In this document: positions 47,548 to 61,622 of the stretch, piece by piece | Layout of the letters: every line of letters begins with the position of its first letter | Numbering within the stretch: the first letter of the stretch is position 1 | Assembly: GCA_051294375.1 (NCBI GenBank) | Contig: CM119268.1 | Location: 13,523,761 to 13,587,760, forward strand | Length of the DNA: 64,000 nucleotides | Reading direction: 5' to 3' | Origin: Paraspadella gotoi | Lineage: Eukaryota; Animalia; Chaetognatha | Made by a program: the position numbers and the translations under genes | Notes under the pieces: model-generated | Database searches by the model: none | Seen by the model: the letters and a program-made list of their open reading frames with translations, nothing else | What the model was told of the DNA's origin: nothing

Positions 47548-48249
47548 CTTTAATCAAAAACTTTTGGGGTAATTCATTCCGAGGAATGTTAAAACAAATT
47601 TGTTTAATTTTAATTTTAATCAGCGTTTTAAACGTTTCCACAAAGATTTCTATATCAACATTTTTTATAAAAAATGTCCTTAGACGCTACTCAGGACTTG
47701 TTTGTCAGCTCTTGTGAACAGCATTAAGAGTGAGGCAGTCCCTCGTAGGAAGAACGCCTGTCAAGTCAAGTCAAACTCTTGTGAACCAAAAAAATTATGT
47801 GGACTTGATTCTACAATCTACATCTCGTCTTTAAATGTAATACATGATAGAAATGAATTTGTAATGTCTTTTAATTTTCTCTTAACGTCCCGGAAGGCAC
47901 GTGACGCGAGATGGCGAGACCTGTCGCAAAAGGCAGTGACGTGTGGCAACGTGACAAAATGTCGAGTCGTGACATCTAATGTTATTAGACTTCTCGTTTT
48001 GCCACGAACGGCTCTCTCTCTCTCTCTCTCTCTCTTGATCTCTCCTCTCTCCTCCTTTCTGCTCTCTTCTCCTCTCTCTCTTCTCTCTCTCTCTCCTCTC
48101 TCTCCAAATCGCTCCCAAAAAGTTTCGCTTTCAATCCGATCTCCTACTCTCAAGGGAAAAAATGTTAAAAAATTTATCCAAATCAAATATAGAGAAAATC
48201 ATTTTCAGATTTCGTTTCTGAATTAGGATTTGTGTTTTGTTGTTATCAA

Positions 48250-48289
<40 letters not shown>

Positions 48290-49556
48290 TTCTTAGCTTT
48301 CGACAACACTCTCTCCTGATATAAATTTTCAAAAGGGGCCTCATAACAGAATTAGGCTTTCGCTCTTATTCCGCGGTTTGCCTCTGCGAATTCAATTTCC
48401 TCGGAAACAGTTTGAAAATTTATGTGGCGCCACTTTGCGTCTTTAATCAGACTGACACCGGTTCGCAACCTTAATCAACGAAGCAGGAGTCGGCGCAACC
48501 TTAATCAGATTGTTGCAAGTTTTGCAAAATTTATTTACCGTCGGGGTTTAGAACGATTCGAATGTTTGACAATGATGTTCTATTAAAAATTGGTAAAAAC
48601 AATAAGCCCCTGACTTTGGACGGCTTATGCGTGGCTTTAAGGCCTCCATCTCTCTACCAACATTACAAAATAATGACATGGCAGGTGCCCTGCAAGTTTC
48701 AATCAAGCTCTCTCACAGTTTCGTTAATTCATCTCACAATAGTTATTCAAATCACGTTATTTCTTATTTTCTTTTTTTTAAAATCTTGTAAGACTCCTCC
48801 CATTTGACTGCACGATTAACTAATTGGCATCAGAACTAGTAAAATTCATCAATAAGGTAAACAAATTCGAGCGTGCCTCCAAGCTGCGAATTAATCAATG
48901 TGGTGCCAAATTTGAGACTTTATCATTTCGGCACCGGGCGAGACAAAACAACGACGATGTCGTCAAACGCAAAGAAGACGATGACTTAATCCAATCCGGT
49001 TCCATCCGGTTCCATCCGGGAGACAACGATACTTTTACTGCTCCCTTGGGAGTCACATCCAACTTTACGACGAAGATGACGCTCACGACGACGACAATGA
49101 CGACGACGACATCTGAGACAAGCCGCGCCCAAACCCCAAAGCGAGCCATTTTTTTGGGGGGCTCGATAGCGACTTCACCGAATTTTTTTTTTCCTTTTAG
49201 ACTTTTAGTTTTAGTTTATCATTGGAGGGTAGTAGGTTGGGGAGAAAAGATTAAAACTTTTTATATAAATTGTTTTCTTGTTTTTCGCTTGTATTTCATA
49301 TCTCGTTGCTTATCTGTCTTTGAGCTCCTATTTTTCAATAGACAAGTTTCCTTATCCGACTTTTTAAAGAAATCTTCCTTCATTTCTCATGCAAGATCTG
49401 AGTTGGTTTCTTCCTTCTTCGCATTTTTATTAAAATTATTTTAACGTTTTAATTTTCCTCTTGTTTTTCATCCCTTCGGTTTTTTTTCTCGTTTTTTCTC
49501 TTTGTTTTTTCTCTTCCACTGAGCGAGATGTTTTTTTTTCACACACGTGGCGTGAA

Positions 49557-50691
49557 AGACGAGGAAGGAATGACGCCGTCGCTGAATAAAGTCTCATTTC
49601 CATGGACCCAGGTTTTTTAATCGCCTCATCCTTTCACTTTGTACTACGTGATTAATTGATTTTTTTTTATCAATTTTTTTTATCAAATTTTAAATCAATA
49701 TTTTTTTATTTTTATTTTTATTATTTTTATTATTTTTTTTATCTTTTTTTTGTTATCAAATTTTTTATCAAATTTTAAATAAACATTATAAAAAATCCCA
49801 GCTTAAAAAAAAAAAANNNNNNNNNNNNNNNNNNNNNNNNNNNNNNNNNNNNNNNNNNNNNNNNNNNNNNNNNNNNNNNNNNNNNNNNNNNNNNNNNNNN
49901 NNNNNNNNNNNNTATATATAGAAACTCGGAATCTTTCTTTTTAACACTGCTTCTCTTTTCTAGTCAAAAAACAGAGAGTTACGAGCATTAGGAACGCTTA
50001 ATTTTCCTTTCACTCCACTCGCCTTCCATCATTATCTTTCCCCAGAATAAAGAACCTCCCTTGATAAACGAACCCGCCGTTGCAGATTGATATCGGCGTT
50101 TGAATACTTTACCCAGGCATGAAAAGAAAGCTCGGGTTTGAATTTATTTCAAACGTATGGGATTCGATTACAAAAAAGAGAAAGAATAAGAATATTGGAG
50201 GAAATTGCAATCTTTTTATGCAAGGACAGATGGGCCGTCGACTGCGACGGCGGGAAGCTGAAAAACGACTCCGTTGGCCAACTCAACCGAGTCGGTTGCT
50301 TTCCTTTTTTTTCCTTTTTTGTCGGGCTTTAGGGATTTTAGGGAGGTTTTCAACATTCTTTTTAAAGATCAGAGGTTAAGCCTAAAGTGAGGGGAGATTC
50401 TGTGTAGGTTTACAGGTAATTACTCATAAGAAGCGAAAATCCTTTGTCGACGAATGAAAAATGTTACCAAACTAAAAAAAAAAAATTTCTAGCGACATAC
50501 TTTCAATTGTGTTTTTTTTTTAGCTGCGGATTTTATTTATAATGTTGTGATGAAAACCAAAAAGAATTTGATAAAAAAAATCAATTAATCACGTAGAACA
50601 AGATGAAAGGATGAGGCGATTAAAAAAACCTGAAGTCCATAGGAACATGAGACTTATATTTCAGCGACGGCCAGTCATTTCCTCCTCGTCC
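49557..50691. repeat. ~120-bp inverted repeat pair flanking an N gap
   Basis: GACGAGGAAGGAATGAC...GTGATTAATTGATTTTTTTTTTATCAA (49557-49673) pairs with TTGATAAAAAAAATCAATTAATCAC...GTCATTTCCTCCTCGTC (50568-50690). Confidence 0.75.
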
Positions 50692-51072
50692 TAGTATCGA
50701 TCTCCCCCCCCGTGGCGGGCTGCGGCCATATATAAATGTTTAAAATTTTTCAGATCCATCATTTCCTATGATATATAAAATATAATGTAAGTAAAATGTT
50801 TTTGTAAAAAAAAAGTCAATCTAATAATATAAAGAACCGGTTTTTCTCTCCCTTTTCTTAAAGTAAATCGTCGTAAATCCTTGGATGAGCGAGAAAAGGT
50901 GAGACTTTGATATCGACTTTGACATCGACGAACGTTGAACTTTTCTTCTTATTGCAGACACGCCCACGTCGCGCGCGGCGAATGCCAATACATAAGATGC
51001 TATCCACCTTAGCACTCAATCTCAGGCTATAATGCAAAAAACGAAATGAGAAGAAAAGGTTGATTAAATATG

Positions 51073-51076
<4 letters not shown>

Positions 51077-51150
<74 letters not shown>
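51077..51150 (+). repeat. (GA)n microsatellite
   Basis: Pure run, one of many (also ~9205-9261, 14480-14563, 33987-34104). Confidence 0.95.
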
Positions 51151-51155
<5 letters not shown>

Positions 51156-54100
51156 CTCTTCCTGGAATCTCCTAACGATTAAATAATGTACAATGAAATA
51201 GCAAAAAAATCGTGTATTCATCCTCGATTTCCGGACACGAGATATATTACTTTTCAAGCAACCAAACGCACATAATATCACGTTAGAAGTCAAAAGTCAG
51301 AACGTTGCTCTTTTGTTTCTAAATCGTCGACGACAAAAGCAGAACGAAAGTCCAGTTTCGAAATTGGCCAAACCGAATAAAGTTTCGGCATAAATTTGAA
51401 TAGAAAATAAACAAACGAGAGCCTAGAGTCGATTCGCCCGCGATTTTATTGTCCCCACTCACCCTAGACGCCCTCTCCCGAGATCCCCGTCAATCTTCCC
51501 ACTTCCTCAACCACTCTATCAATCAATCCATCCCCTTTTTTTCTCTTCCCTCCATAGTTTATTTATTTATTTATTTATTTTTTAGGCGCTAAATATCGCT
51601 TGTGGCTCTACTCCCGCTTCGGGTATTTTAGACAATGATTTTGAAATTGGAATATTGTCATTTATTTTCAATCTCGCTGATAAATATAGGACATTCTTCA
51701 GTTAAAAAAACGGTTGGCTATAGTTATCTTTTACTTGTAAGGTAGAGCACACTAGGTAAATTTCTATGCCTTCAAATACGGTAAGACATGATTTCTTTCG
51801 CGAACAACAATCAAATCCTCATATCTGCTTAATTAAGAAAAAAGTACAGGCGATTTTCATGGTAAGAACAACTTTTAACGATGAAGTAGCTCATAAGAAT
51901 TTTAACGTCATTTAGGTTCACAGGACTCTTCAGGAAAAAGATGACACATAATCTTTTTGTTTCTTACACTCTCTTTTTTCTTTTCCCTTCTTCTTCTTCT
52001 TTTCTGTCACTCTTTCTTTCCTTTAATCCTCCTCTCTTCCTTTTCCTATTTCTTCCTCTCTTTTGTCTCTCTTTCCTTTACTATTTCTTTCTTTATCTCA
52101 GCTTTTTTCTTCTTTTCTCCATTCTGTCTCTCTTTTCCTACTATCTCTTCTTTTCTCTCCTTCTCTTGTTCTCAATCTCTCTTTACTTCATTTTTTATAC
52201 TTTCCAATCGCCTCCCTCCCCTCTATCAGCTTCCTATTTTCACACACATTGTCTTTCCCTCCTCTTCTCTTTTTCTCCCGGTCACTTATTATATCTGCGT
52301 TTACATTATGTTAAATATATGAAAATGTTTAAAATGTAACGTAGTAAAAAAAATTTTGGGTAGCGCAAGATTTTATTCAAAGTTTGGTTGCCTAGCAGAT
52401 TTAGTAAATCAACAGATTTTTTGCGGAAAATATTTTCCGCAAAATCTGTCGATTCTGAGAAAAAACAAGTCCTGACGCTTTCCATTGGATTAAAAGGATG
52501 CGGTTTTTTTTTGATTAATCAACGTCAGTATGTATATTAATCTTTTAAAACTAATAAATCAGTTGAAAATATTCTTTTTATAAAAAATAACGCAAGTCAC
52601 AAAAAGTCACAAAATTAATTGGCGTCTTTAAAAATTATTTGTAGCTAAACGAAGCAGGTTTTTTTTTTATTATTTTATAGGTTTTAAAAAGCTTATTCAA
52701 TAGGCTATATTTTCTGTAAATTAAACCAATTTGAACAATTTTTGTTTAACAATTATGATAAAAACTGAGAAAATAGAAACTTTTTGACTTGTCAATTTTA
52801 AATTAATTCATAGGCAAAACTACAAATGATTAAGCAAAATAAATTTACCCAGAGGTGAATAAGTAAGGAAGAACGGATTTCCAAAAGAAAAAATTTTTCT
52901 TCACTTTCCTTGGCATTCAATCAGAGGACGAAAGTGAAAATGGACAAAAATGGACATGATTTTTTTTCTTAAATATCGGCAAAAATGTACTTTTTATAAT
53001 TAGAATCGGATGGAGATGATTTTAACCAATCCCTAGTTCGGCCAATTGTGTATTAATGGTACAAATTAAATTAATATTGTAAGTAACGACTGAACAATAA
53101 TAGGAAAGAGTTGTTTTTTCGCTAAATGCGAAGTTTGTAAGCGACCTTGTTCACTTTTTTAAGGATCGTCTCCTGGGAGAAGAGGACAGGGATTGGCCAG
53201 ATTGATCTGAGTCGGGGTTGAGTTTCAATTGAAAATAATTAGTAAACTTAAGTTGGTTAAGGATTTGTTAAAAGCGACAATATAACAAAAGTATGAATTT
53301 AATCCCTTATTTATCCTTTCCAAAAAAATTCGTCTTATTTTGAAATCGTCAAGTTTCGACTTTTGCCGACAAAAAGAAGGAAACGAAGCAGATTTTATAT
53401 TCATAACATCATCAATCGTTAAAATTCGATAACCATGAGACTGATATATTCCGTTTCATGGGCGCCACTAAAGATTTTCTATTTGAATAAAGCGATAAAA
53501 TTTCTCAAGTTCGTACGAGTTCGTTTTCTTCACCTTCTGCGTTTTTTGTCTCTTTTTTTTCCCCGCGATTTCGAATCCATTCTCTTCTCTTCATTCTGTT
53601 CCTTCTTCTCACATTTCTTTTCTTTTCTTTTCTTNNNNNNNNNNTTCTTTTCTTTCTTTTCTTTTCTAAATCTCATCTTTTCTCTTTTCTTTCTCGGTTT
53701 TCTCTTTCCTCTTTTCCTTCTTCCCTTTCCTCCTCCTCTTCCCCTTCTTCCACTTCCTCTCCCTGCTGAGACGACGGTTTTCGATTTCATTTATGACTCA
53801 GCTCCGTTTCCCACCGAAGACTTATGTTCCAAGTCTTTCATTTCTCCATTTCTTTTTCGAGGCGAGAATTTCTTTTCCGAGGCCAGAGTCCTCTCTGTTT
53901 CGTCACCTCTAAGAAGGAGGCATATATCCTTCCTCTCAAAGAAGACAAATTATGTACACATAAAAAGTATGAAAAGGGTTTTAAAAATTTTTAGCCTTAC
54001 CAAGCTCTGAGTCACGGCCCATCAGAAGGTCGATGACCCATGAGTCGATCGTTCGGGCACAAGTGGCCCAACGTTCCCCCAAAATAATTCCGCGTCACTC

Positions 54101-55099
54101 CCGGGGGATTTTGCGATAAATCTTTCCCCGAGTTCTCACCCTGGGTGTCTCGCTGCCATTTAAGAGTTCGTGCACCCAAGGCAAAAAACTCAATCTCTAT
54201 CGATGTTCATTCATTTGTAGTTGATAAAAAAAAGTTTTTAAAATTCTGTTCAATTTTTTTTAATTAATAGTTTATTAAAGAAATTATTTACGTACGTTTT
54301 TCTTATAAGTTTTAGCAATCAAATTATTTTTCCGTGTCAGTTTCTAATGAATACAAAGTAACTTTAGAAATCATTTAAATAATAAGTAAGTATATAAAAA
54401 ATAAGTATTCTTAATCATTCAATCATTGGCCACGACAGCTTCAATTGCGATACCCATTCTTTTTTTCTTTTTCTTCCACTTTCTTCATTCCGACAAGGAT
54501 CGCGTTTGCAATGAACGCCCCCCCAAAATTGCCTCTACGCCAGAGAATTCGAGCCACTCATATCGTTATCCTGACAGCGAAGCCTCATTTCTGTTCGACG
54601 GTTCGGACGAGTGATGTAGGCCGTGGTTGTTGTTCGTGAAATGAGATGGGGAAAAAGGAATGAAAAGAGAAGGAGAGAGAGAGTGTGAGGCATTAGGGAG
54701 AAAAGAAAAAAACTACTAACAAGATCGGTTCATCCAATGTGTTGTGCCGCGGTGACTTTCTTTGCCCGTGCATTGGAAACCGTCTTTTATTCCTTATAGT
54801 TTTAGGAAGGCGGAGCTAGTATTCACTTAGATTTGATTTTTTTTTCTTTCTTAACCACCATATTGAGTCACTACATATAGGCGCATTTAAGTAAACCCTT
54901 TCATGACCGTATAGTGATATCGTACTCAGGAATGAAACGAAAGTCTCTAACTATTGACTAAGCTCGGCTAATGAAAAGATGGCGTATCGCGTGAAGGCGA
55001 CAAAGGCTTCCAACGATGATCCCTCGATGTCAGGCAATCAACAGCGGCTATAAATCCCACTAATTGTGGCTCCTTCACGACTCTCTCTCCTCCTCTCTT

Positions 55100-55158
<59 letters not shown>

Positions 55159-56258
55159 TTTCTCATCCTGTTGATTCTTGAAAGCTTTTCTGGCTTATTC
55201 GTTGAGCTCCTTTCCCAAAAAATATTACGGATGAATAGCGGAAGTGTAGCAGTGGAAAATATGAGAGCACGTTGAATATCCATTATTGCCCTTAGTTCGA
55301 GTCCGGGGACCTTTGCCGAATTGAGAGCGTATGAAAATGATGTCTGTGAGAGAGATGAAGACGAGAGAGAGAGAGAGAGAGAGAGAAGAGAAAAGAGAAG
55401 AGAGAGAGAGAGAGAGAGAGAGGGAATATTTCCTCGTTTTTACATTGCTTTCTTAACGGGACTTCACCGACGGGTCATCGTTCACTTTAAATCCGGGGAT
55501 TTTCTCTTTTGAAGCGAGGTGGTGAAAGTTTGGGTAAGTTGTGGTGAATGATTAAAGGGTGAGGGATCTCGAGAGGTATGTGTGGTGGAGGATTTTAGAT
55601 GACGAATGAGAGAATTGGTTTATAAATGCAATGAATGAGAACCATATCATCAGACATCAGAATAACACCGTAGAATCGTTGACGAAGAACTTAGGCCATT
55701 GTAATCTATATTATTGGGCAGCTCAAAGGCCGCCAACCAGATACATTGAAAAGATTGTCTGACGTAATTAGGTCCACAGCACACACATTACAATCATTAC
55801 AATCAGCATACGTGGAAATCGGTAAGCTTTAATAATTTTAAAAGAGATAAAAAACTAAAGAAAAACAACTTAATAAAAAAAATTATGAAAAAGCGAAATC
55901 GAAAATTAAACTTTAGCCAGTTCTCAAGGAAATTTTGAAACTAGATTGGTGAAAAATTTCTTAAAATTTAGAATATCCTTTCGAATAAAAAAGTGTATGA
56001 GAAAAAACTGGTAATATACTCTGAGATAGAAAATACACTGCAATATGCAAATGAGATTTTGTGGTTGGCAATTAAAATATCAATAAGCGTAATGTTTTTT
56101 GTACAGGTATATTATAATGGGGGGCTGATTATTCACCACGGTCGAAGGCCCCTACGTTTTTCCCCACCTCATCTTCCGCCTTCCCGCGAGTTCAAACAAC
56201 TTTCCCGCTTCAGATCAGTTGACGCTCTCAATTCTCGCGTGCCAACGCATAGAATGTC

Positions 56259-56299
<41 letters not shown>

Positions 56300-56327
56300 C
56301 ACTTCTGTTTTCATTTTTTCCTGCCTG

Positions 56328-58759
56328 TTCGGTTCCTTTTTCTTCGACTTTTTTGGTGTAAGATTAACAAAGGTCAGCTCGCGTCCTCAGACAACGGCAA
56401 AGTCATGGCGGCGACTGAGACGTTAATTCTGGTTAGAAACAAGTCTCACACTTTAGTCCAAAATTATTCTTTTGCAAATTTATAAGAAAACATTTTTTTT
56501 TAATAATTATGATATCCAGCACAACAGCCAGAGAAGCGGAACCTAAAAGTAATGAAGTTTGCAAAATTTTTTGTTTTTTGATTCAAGAAGGATGAAAAAA
56601 ATAGCTCGGGACCTGAAGGCCGGCGAAGCAGCAGAACGTAGTTTTGAAGCATGTCCAAAAAAGTAATCGCAAGAATATTTTGAGGAATAGAAAAATAGTT
56701 AATTGGTTTAGTTTTTGTAAACGTTTCATTTCGTGCATTTTACAAAAAGCAATATATATCGATTTCGATCTCGTACTTGTTACAGGCTCGCTCCAGAGAG
56801 CTCCGGCATTAAATGAGCTAATTAGAATGTGAAAATGACCTAACGTGATGCGAAAACATTAAAACCAGACTTTTTTTATAAGATTTGATCAGTGTGACAG
56901 GGTAAAAATATTAAACGAGACTGTCTTTAGTTCTGATCTCACCGCATTGTAAATAATTCAATCCAAACATCGTAACGTTCACTGTTTGATGAATGGAGAA
57001 AAATATATAGACGTTTAAAGTAAAAAAGAGGAAATAGAACTATTAAACAAGATCTTGAAACAAAAAAAAGATAAAAAAGTTGAAAAAAAAAAAACAAAGG
57101 GAAAATGGACCTTTTGGTCCGGGACGATCCAAGGTTTAGGTTAGATGGAGGTCACGAGGAGGAAGAGGAGGAAAGGAGGAAGAATAAGAAGAAAGTAAAA
57201 AAGTCAAAATAAAATTGGGAAGGAAGAGAAAAAATCAAAGAAAGAAAATCAGACAAAAAAATATTTCAGGAAGAAAAAAAGAAAACGAAAAAAAAAAAAT
57301 AATAAGAGAGGGGAAGGAAGGAAAGAAGAGACAAAAAAAAAATCCGTGTTTCTTGCTAAAAGCTAAGGATGCAACAAAAAAAAAATGTTTTCTTCTTTTA
57401 AAAGAAGAAACGAGAACTCAATTCTCTGTTGAAAAAGGGGAAGGGAGTTATTGAAAGGACAAGCGCGAAATACTTCAGCCTTAAGAGGGAGGAGGATCAA
57501 TTTTTAGGGCTATATTCATAGTTAGAGCTATTTTTCTACTTTAGACGTCGAAAACCGCAGCCCTCTATCATTTCGGAAAGCGGAGATATACTAAGTNNNN
57601 NNNNNNNNNNNNNNNNNNNNNTTCGGTTCCTTTTCTGACTTTTTTGGTGTAAGATTAACAAAAGGTCAGCCGGTTCCTCAGACAACGGCAAAGATGGCGG
57701 CGACTGAGACGTTTAATTCTGGTTAGAAACAAGTCTCACACTTTAGTCCAAAATTATTCTTTTGCAATTTATAAGAAAACATTTTTTTTAAAATTATGAT
57801 ATCAGCAAAACAGCCAGAGAAGCGGGAAACCATAAAAGTAATGAAGTGTTGCAAAATTTTTGTTTTGATTCAAGAAGGATGAAAAATCAGTCGGACTGAA
57901 GGCGGCGAAGCAGAACGTAGTTTTGAAGGCATGTCCAAAAAAGTAATCGCAAGAATATTTTGAGGAAATAGAAAATATAGTTTAATGTTTAGTTTTGTAA
58001 ACGTTCATTTCGTGCATTTTACAAAAAGCAATATATATCGATTTCGATCTCGTAACATTGTTACAGGCTCGCTCCAGAGAGCTCCGGCATTAAATGAGCA
58101 ATTAGATGTGAAAATGACCTAACGTGATGCGAAAACATTAAAACCAGACTTTTTTTATAAGATTTGAATCAGTGTGACAGGTAAAAATAGTAAACGAGAC
58201 TGTTCTTTAGTTCTGATCTCACCGCATTGTAAATATATTCAATCCAAACATCGTAACGTTCACTGTTGATGAATGGAGAAAAATATATAGACGTTTAAGT
58301 AAAAAAAGGAAATAGAACTATTAAAGGAGATCTTGAAACAAAAAAAAAGATAAAAAAGTTGAAAAAAAAAAACAAAGGGAAAATGGACTTTGGTCCGGGA
58401 CGATCCAAGGTTTAGGTTAGATGGAGGTCACGAGGAGGAAGAGGAGGAAAGGAGGAAGAATAAGAAGAAAGTAAAAAAGTCAAAATAAAATTGGGAAGGA
58501 AGAGAAAAAATCAAAGAAAGAAAATCAGACAAAAAAATATTTCAGGAAGAAAAAAAGAAAACGAAAAAAAAAAAATAAATAAGAGAGGGGGAAGGAGGAA
58601 AGGAAGAGACAAAAAAAAAATCCGTGTTTCTTGCTAAAAGCTAAGGATGCAACAAAAAAAAAATGTTTTCTTCTTTTAAAAGAAGAAACGAGAACTCAAT
58701 TCTCTGTTGAAAAGGGGAAGGGAGTTTTGAAGGACAAGCGCGAAATACTTCAGCCTTAA
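56328..58759. repeat. ~1.15-kb direct duplication (56328-57484 vs 57622-58759)
   Basis: Colinear copies differing mostly by 1-nt indels, separated by ~110 bp and a 25-N gap (57597-57621). Confidence 0.9.
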
Positions 58760-59316
58760 TTGCGCAGAATAGAGATGAGAACAAAATTTTTCGCGTTTTT
58801 TTTTCTTTTGGCCTCCGTTTCTTTCTTTTTTTTTCTTTCTTTCCATCTTTTTTATTGTTATTATCTTTTTTCTTTCTTTCTTTCTTTCCTTCTTTCTTTC
58901 TTTTTTTTCCTTTTTTTTNNNNNNNNNNNNNNNNNNNNNNNNNNNNNNNNNNNNNNNNNNNNNNNNNNNNNNNNNNNNNNNNNNNNNNNNNNNNNNNNNN
59001 NNNNNNNNNNNNNNNNNNNNNNNNNNNNNNNNNNNNNNNNNNNNNNNNNNNNNNNNNNNNNNNNNNNNNNNNNNNNNNNNNNNNNNNNNNNNNNNNNNNN
59101 NNNNNNNNNNNNNNNNNNNNNNNNNNNNNNNNNNNNNNNNNNNNNNNTTTTTAATTTTTTAATTTTTAATTTTTTTTTCTTTTTTTCCTTTTTTCTTTTT
59201 CTTTTTTTCTTTCTTTCCTTCTTTTGCTCTCGCTACGTATCGATTTGTTTATAGTCGCGAATAATAAATTATGACGGGGTGCATTTAAGTGTCAGTCGTC
59301 AACCGGTCAAACTCAC

Positions 59317-59534
59317 CCGGATCTCCCGATGTCTTCCGCGCTCGCCCTCGGTCCGCCCGACACCCGGTCGCCCGACAATCGGTCTTCGCTGCCGCGAGAG
59401 GCGAACCCGCGCAGTTCGTCGTGGGTCGTCGTCGTCGTCATCGTCGACGCCGCCGTCTCGTCCTGCGACGAAGTCGTCGTCGTCGTCGTCGCGGGAGCCG
59501 TCGTCGCCGACGTCGTCGCCAGCGTCGTCGTCAT
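59317..59534 (-). CDS. Tentative first coding exon (Thr-rich N-terminus) of the CBARP-like gene
   Basis: ATG at 59534 gives MTTTLATTSATTAPATTTTTTSSQDETAASTMTTTTTHDEL..., ending at a strong GTGAGT donor (59316-59311). CBARP also begins with a Thr/Ala-rich segment, but the match is low-complexity. Confidence 0.4.
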
Positions 59535-61622
59535 TCGAGAAAAAAAATGGCGGACGGTTTGAAGAAGGCGTTGTGTGGCTGAAGAGGGAGAGAATAGGGT
59601 AGGTAAGACAAGGGGAAGTAAGTGAGATTGAGATGAAGATGAAGATGAAGACGAGAAAGGAAATACAAAACAAGGGAAAAATTTAAAAAAAGAGTAAGAG
59701 GAAAAAACGAGCTCGAATCTCGAGGGTTTTANNNNNNNNNNNNNNNNNNNNNNNNNNNNNNNNNNNNNNNNNNNNNNNNNNNNNNNNNNNNNNNNNNNNN
59801 NNNNNNNNNNNNNNNNNNNNNNNNNNNNNNNNNNNNNNNNNNNNNNNNNNNNNNNNNNNNNNNNNNNNNNNNNNNNNNNNNNNNNNNNNNNNNNNNNNNN
59901 NGAATCGTTCCCTCGTTTCTCCATCCACGCCACTTTGACTAAAGAAAAAACATTAATTTATATGTAAAAGGAAAAGGTTTAGTAGATTTCCTTTATTGTC
60001 CCTGTTGCTACGCTTTTAGCAAAAAAATTCACAATTGTTAAAGTCACTTTCAGGAAAACAGAATTAGACGTCAACTCCTTCAGAAATATCCCAGTTCTCT
60101 ATTAACTACTAAAGCCCCAAACTTTCTTATTCCACGATCAGGGTTCATCGTATTTGCTAATTTGTCGTCGGCGTAGTTTTCGTCGTCTTCTCCTTATTCT
60201 TTCTTTTTGGCGTCGGCCCCCAGTCTGCCTTTGTTTTTTTCCGACTTTATCCTTTTTCGATATATTTCTTATCTCTAACTGAATTTTAAACTTGAAGCGA
60301 AACTAAATCAATCGGTGATTGATTTAGTTCTTAATTCATTTCTCAATTACCCTTATTTCTTTGTACAGCATTTTCATTTCGTTGCCGTTGTAGCATTGAA
60401 ATTCCTTCGTTCCTCATCAATCCATTTTCATTTTGCAAGCTTTTCGTAATCTTCATCGCNNNNNNNNNNNNNNNNNNNNNNNNNNNNNNNNNNNNNNNNN
60501 NNNNNNNNNNNNNNNNNNNNNNNNNNNNNNNNNNNNNNNNNNNNNNNNNNNNNNNNNNNNNNNNNNNNNNNNNNNNNNNNNNNNNNNNNNNNNNNNNNNN
60601 NNNNNNNNNNNNNNNNNNNNNNNNNNNNNNNNNNNNNNNNNNNNNNNNNNNNNNNNNNNNNNNNNNNNNNNNNNNNNNNNNNNNNNNNNNNNNNNNNNNN
60701 NNNNNNNNNNNNNNNNNNNNNNNNNNNNNNNNNNNNNNNNNNNNNAAACTAAGCAATTATGAACTCTAACGGTCCCACGTTCAATGTGATAACTTCGACA
60801 CATAAGATTCTTCCCACAACGTCGATGGATATTTTTTTATAAAGTCACGCTCTAAATTTAGTTCCTGGTACGAGGGCTAATACCAAGAAAACGTTTTTTA
60901 AAATTAACTTTGTTTTTACGTACTAAAAATGTTTTTCTCATTGGTCAACCTGGTTATAGTTTGTCTAATTTGTTTTTCAGGGTTTCAATCCAAAAAAAAC
61001 CTTATTTGATTTTTTATCTCATTCTCTGCCTACATATCAGTGTCCCTCATTTACATTATTTTAAAAGTTGAATGGCTTTTGCTTAAAAAAAAAACGAATC
61101 AAGCAATGACAGAAAATGGTTGGTGCCACGGCCAATCAGGCGCCAAAAGCGTCGACAAACATTCACCAATCTCTCCAGCGCTCCGGTCGACAAGGCCTTT
61201 CACGCCCACAACAACTAAATTGGAAACGACTCGACCGGATCGGCCACCTTTCACTGGCGCGGTTACCCTAAAACAGTCTCACTTTGCCAACACAGAGGGA
61301 ACTCGTAAGGACTGTGATTGGAACGAAACACTTCGGATGCGTGCGTTCCCCCTCCGAGCCAATGGGAGGTCAGGCGTGTCATGTGTATTTTTTGTATCAA
61401 TTTTCTCAGTTTATATGTTATATTTCGTCAAATCGTTTAGAATAATAGAGAGATATTACACATTACCGTAATGATTATATTACACAAAATATTACACAAA
61501 ACCGGAATTCCTGTCACGCCACAGTACATCAATTGTCGCACAAAATATTTTTTCTTAACGAGATATGTTCGGTGATGCCCGTTTGGTTATTTATGCGCGT
61601 CAAATTTTTCATCAATTCATTC

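Noticed and set aside
48895-49149. Minus-strand VVVVIVVVVSVIFVV as the missing transmembrane exon
   Set aside because: It derives from a (GAC)n-like repeat, and I found no convincing donor or phase link.
56590-56660. Minus-strand DMLQNYVLLL, resembling the recalled CBARP pre-transmembrane ILDNYVLL
   Set aside because: There is no splice acceptor, no following hydrophobic run, and the duplicate copy does not keep the frame. Treated as coincidence.
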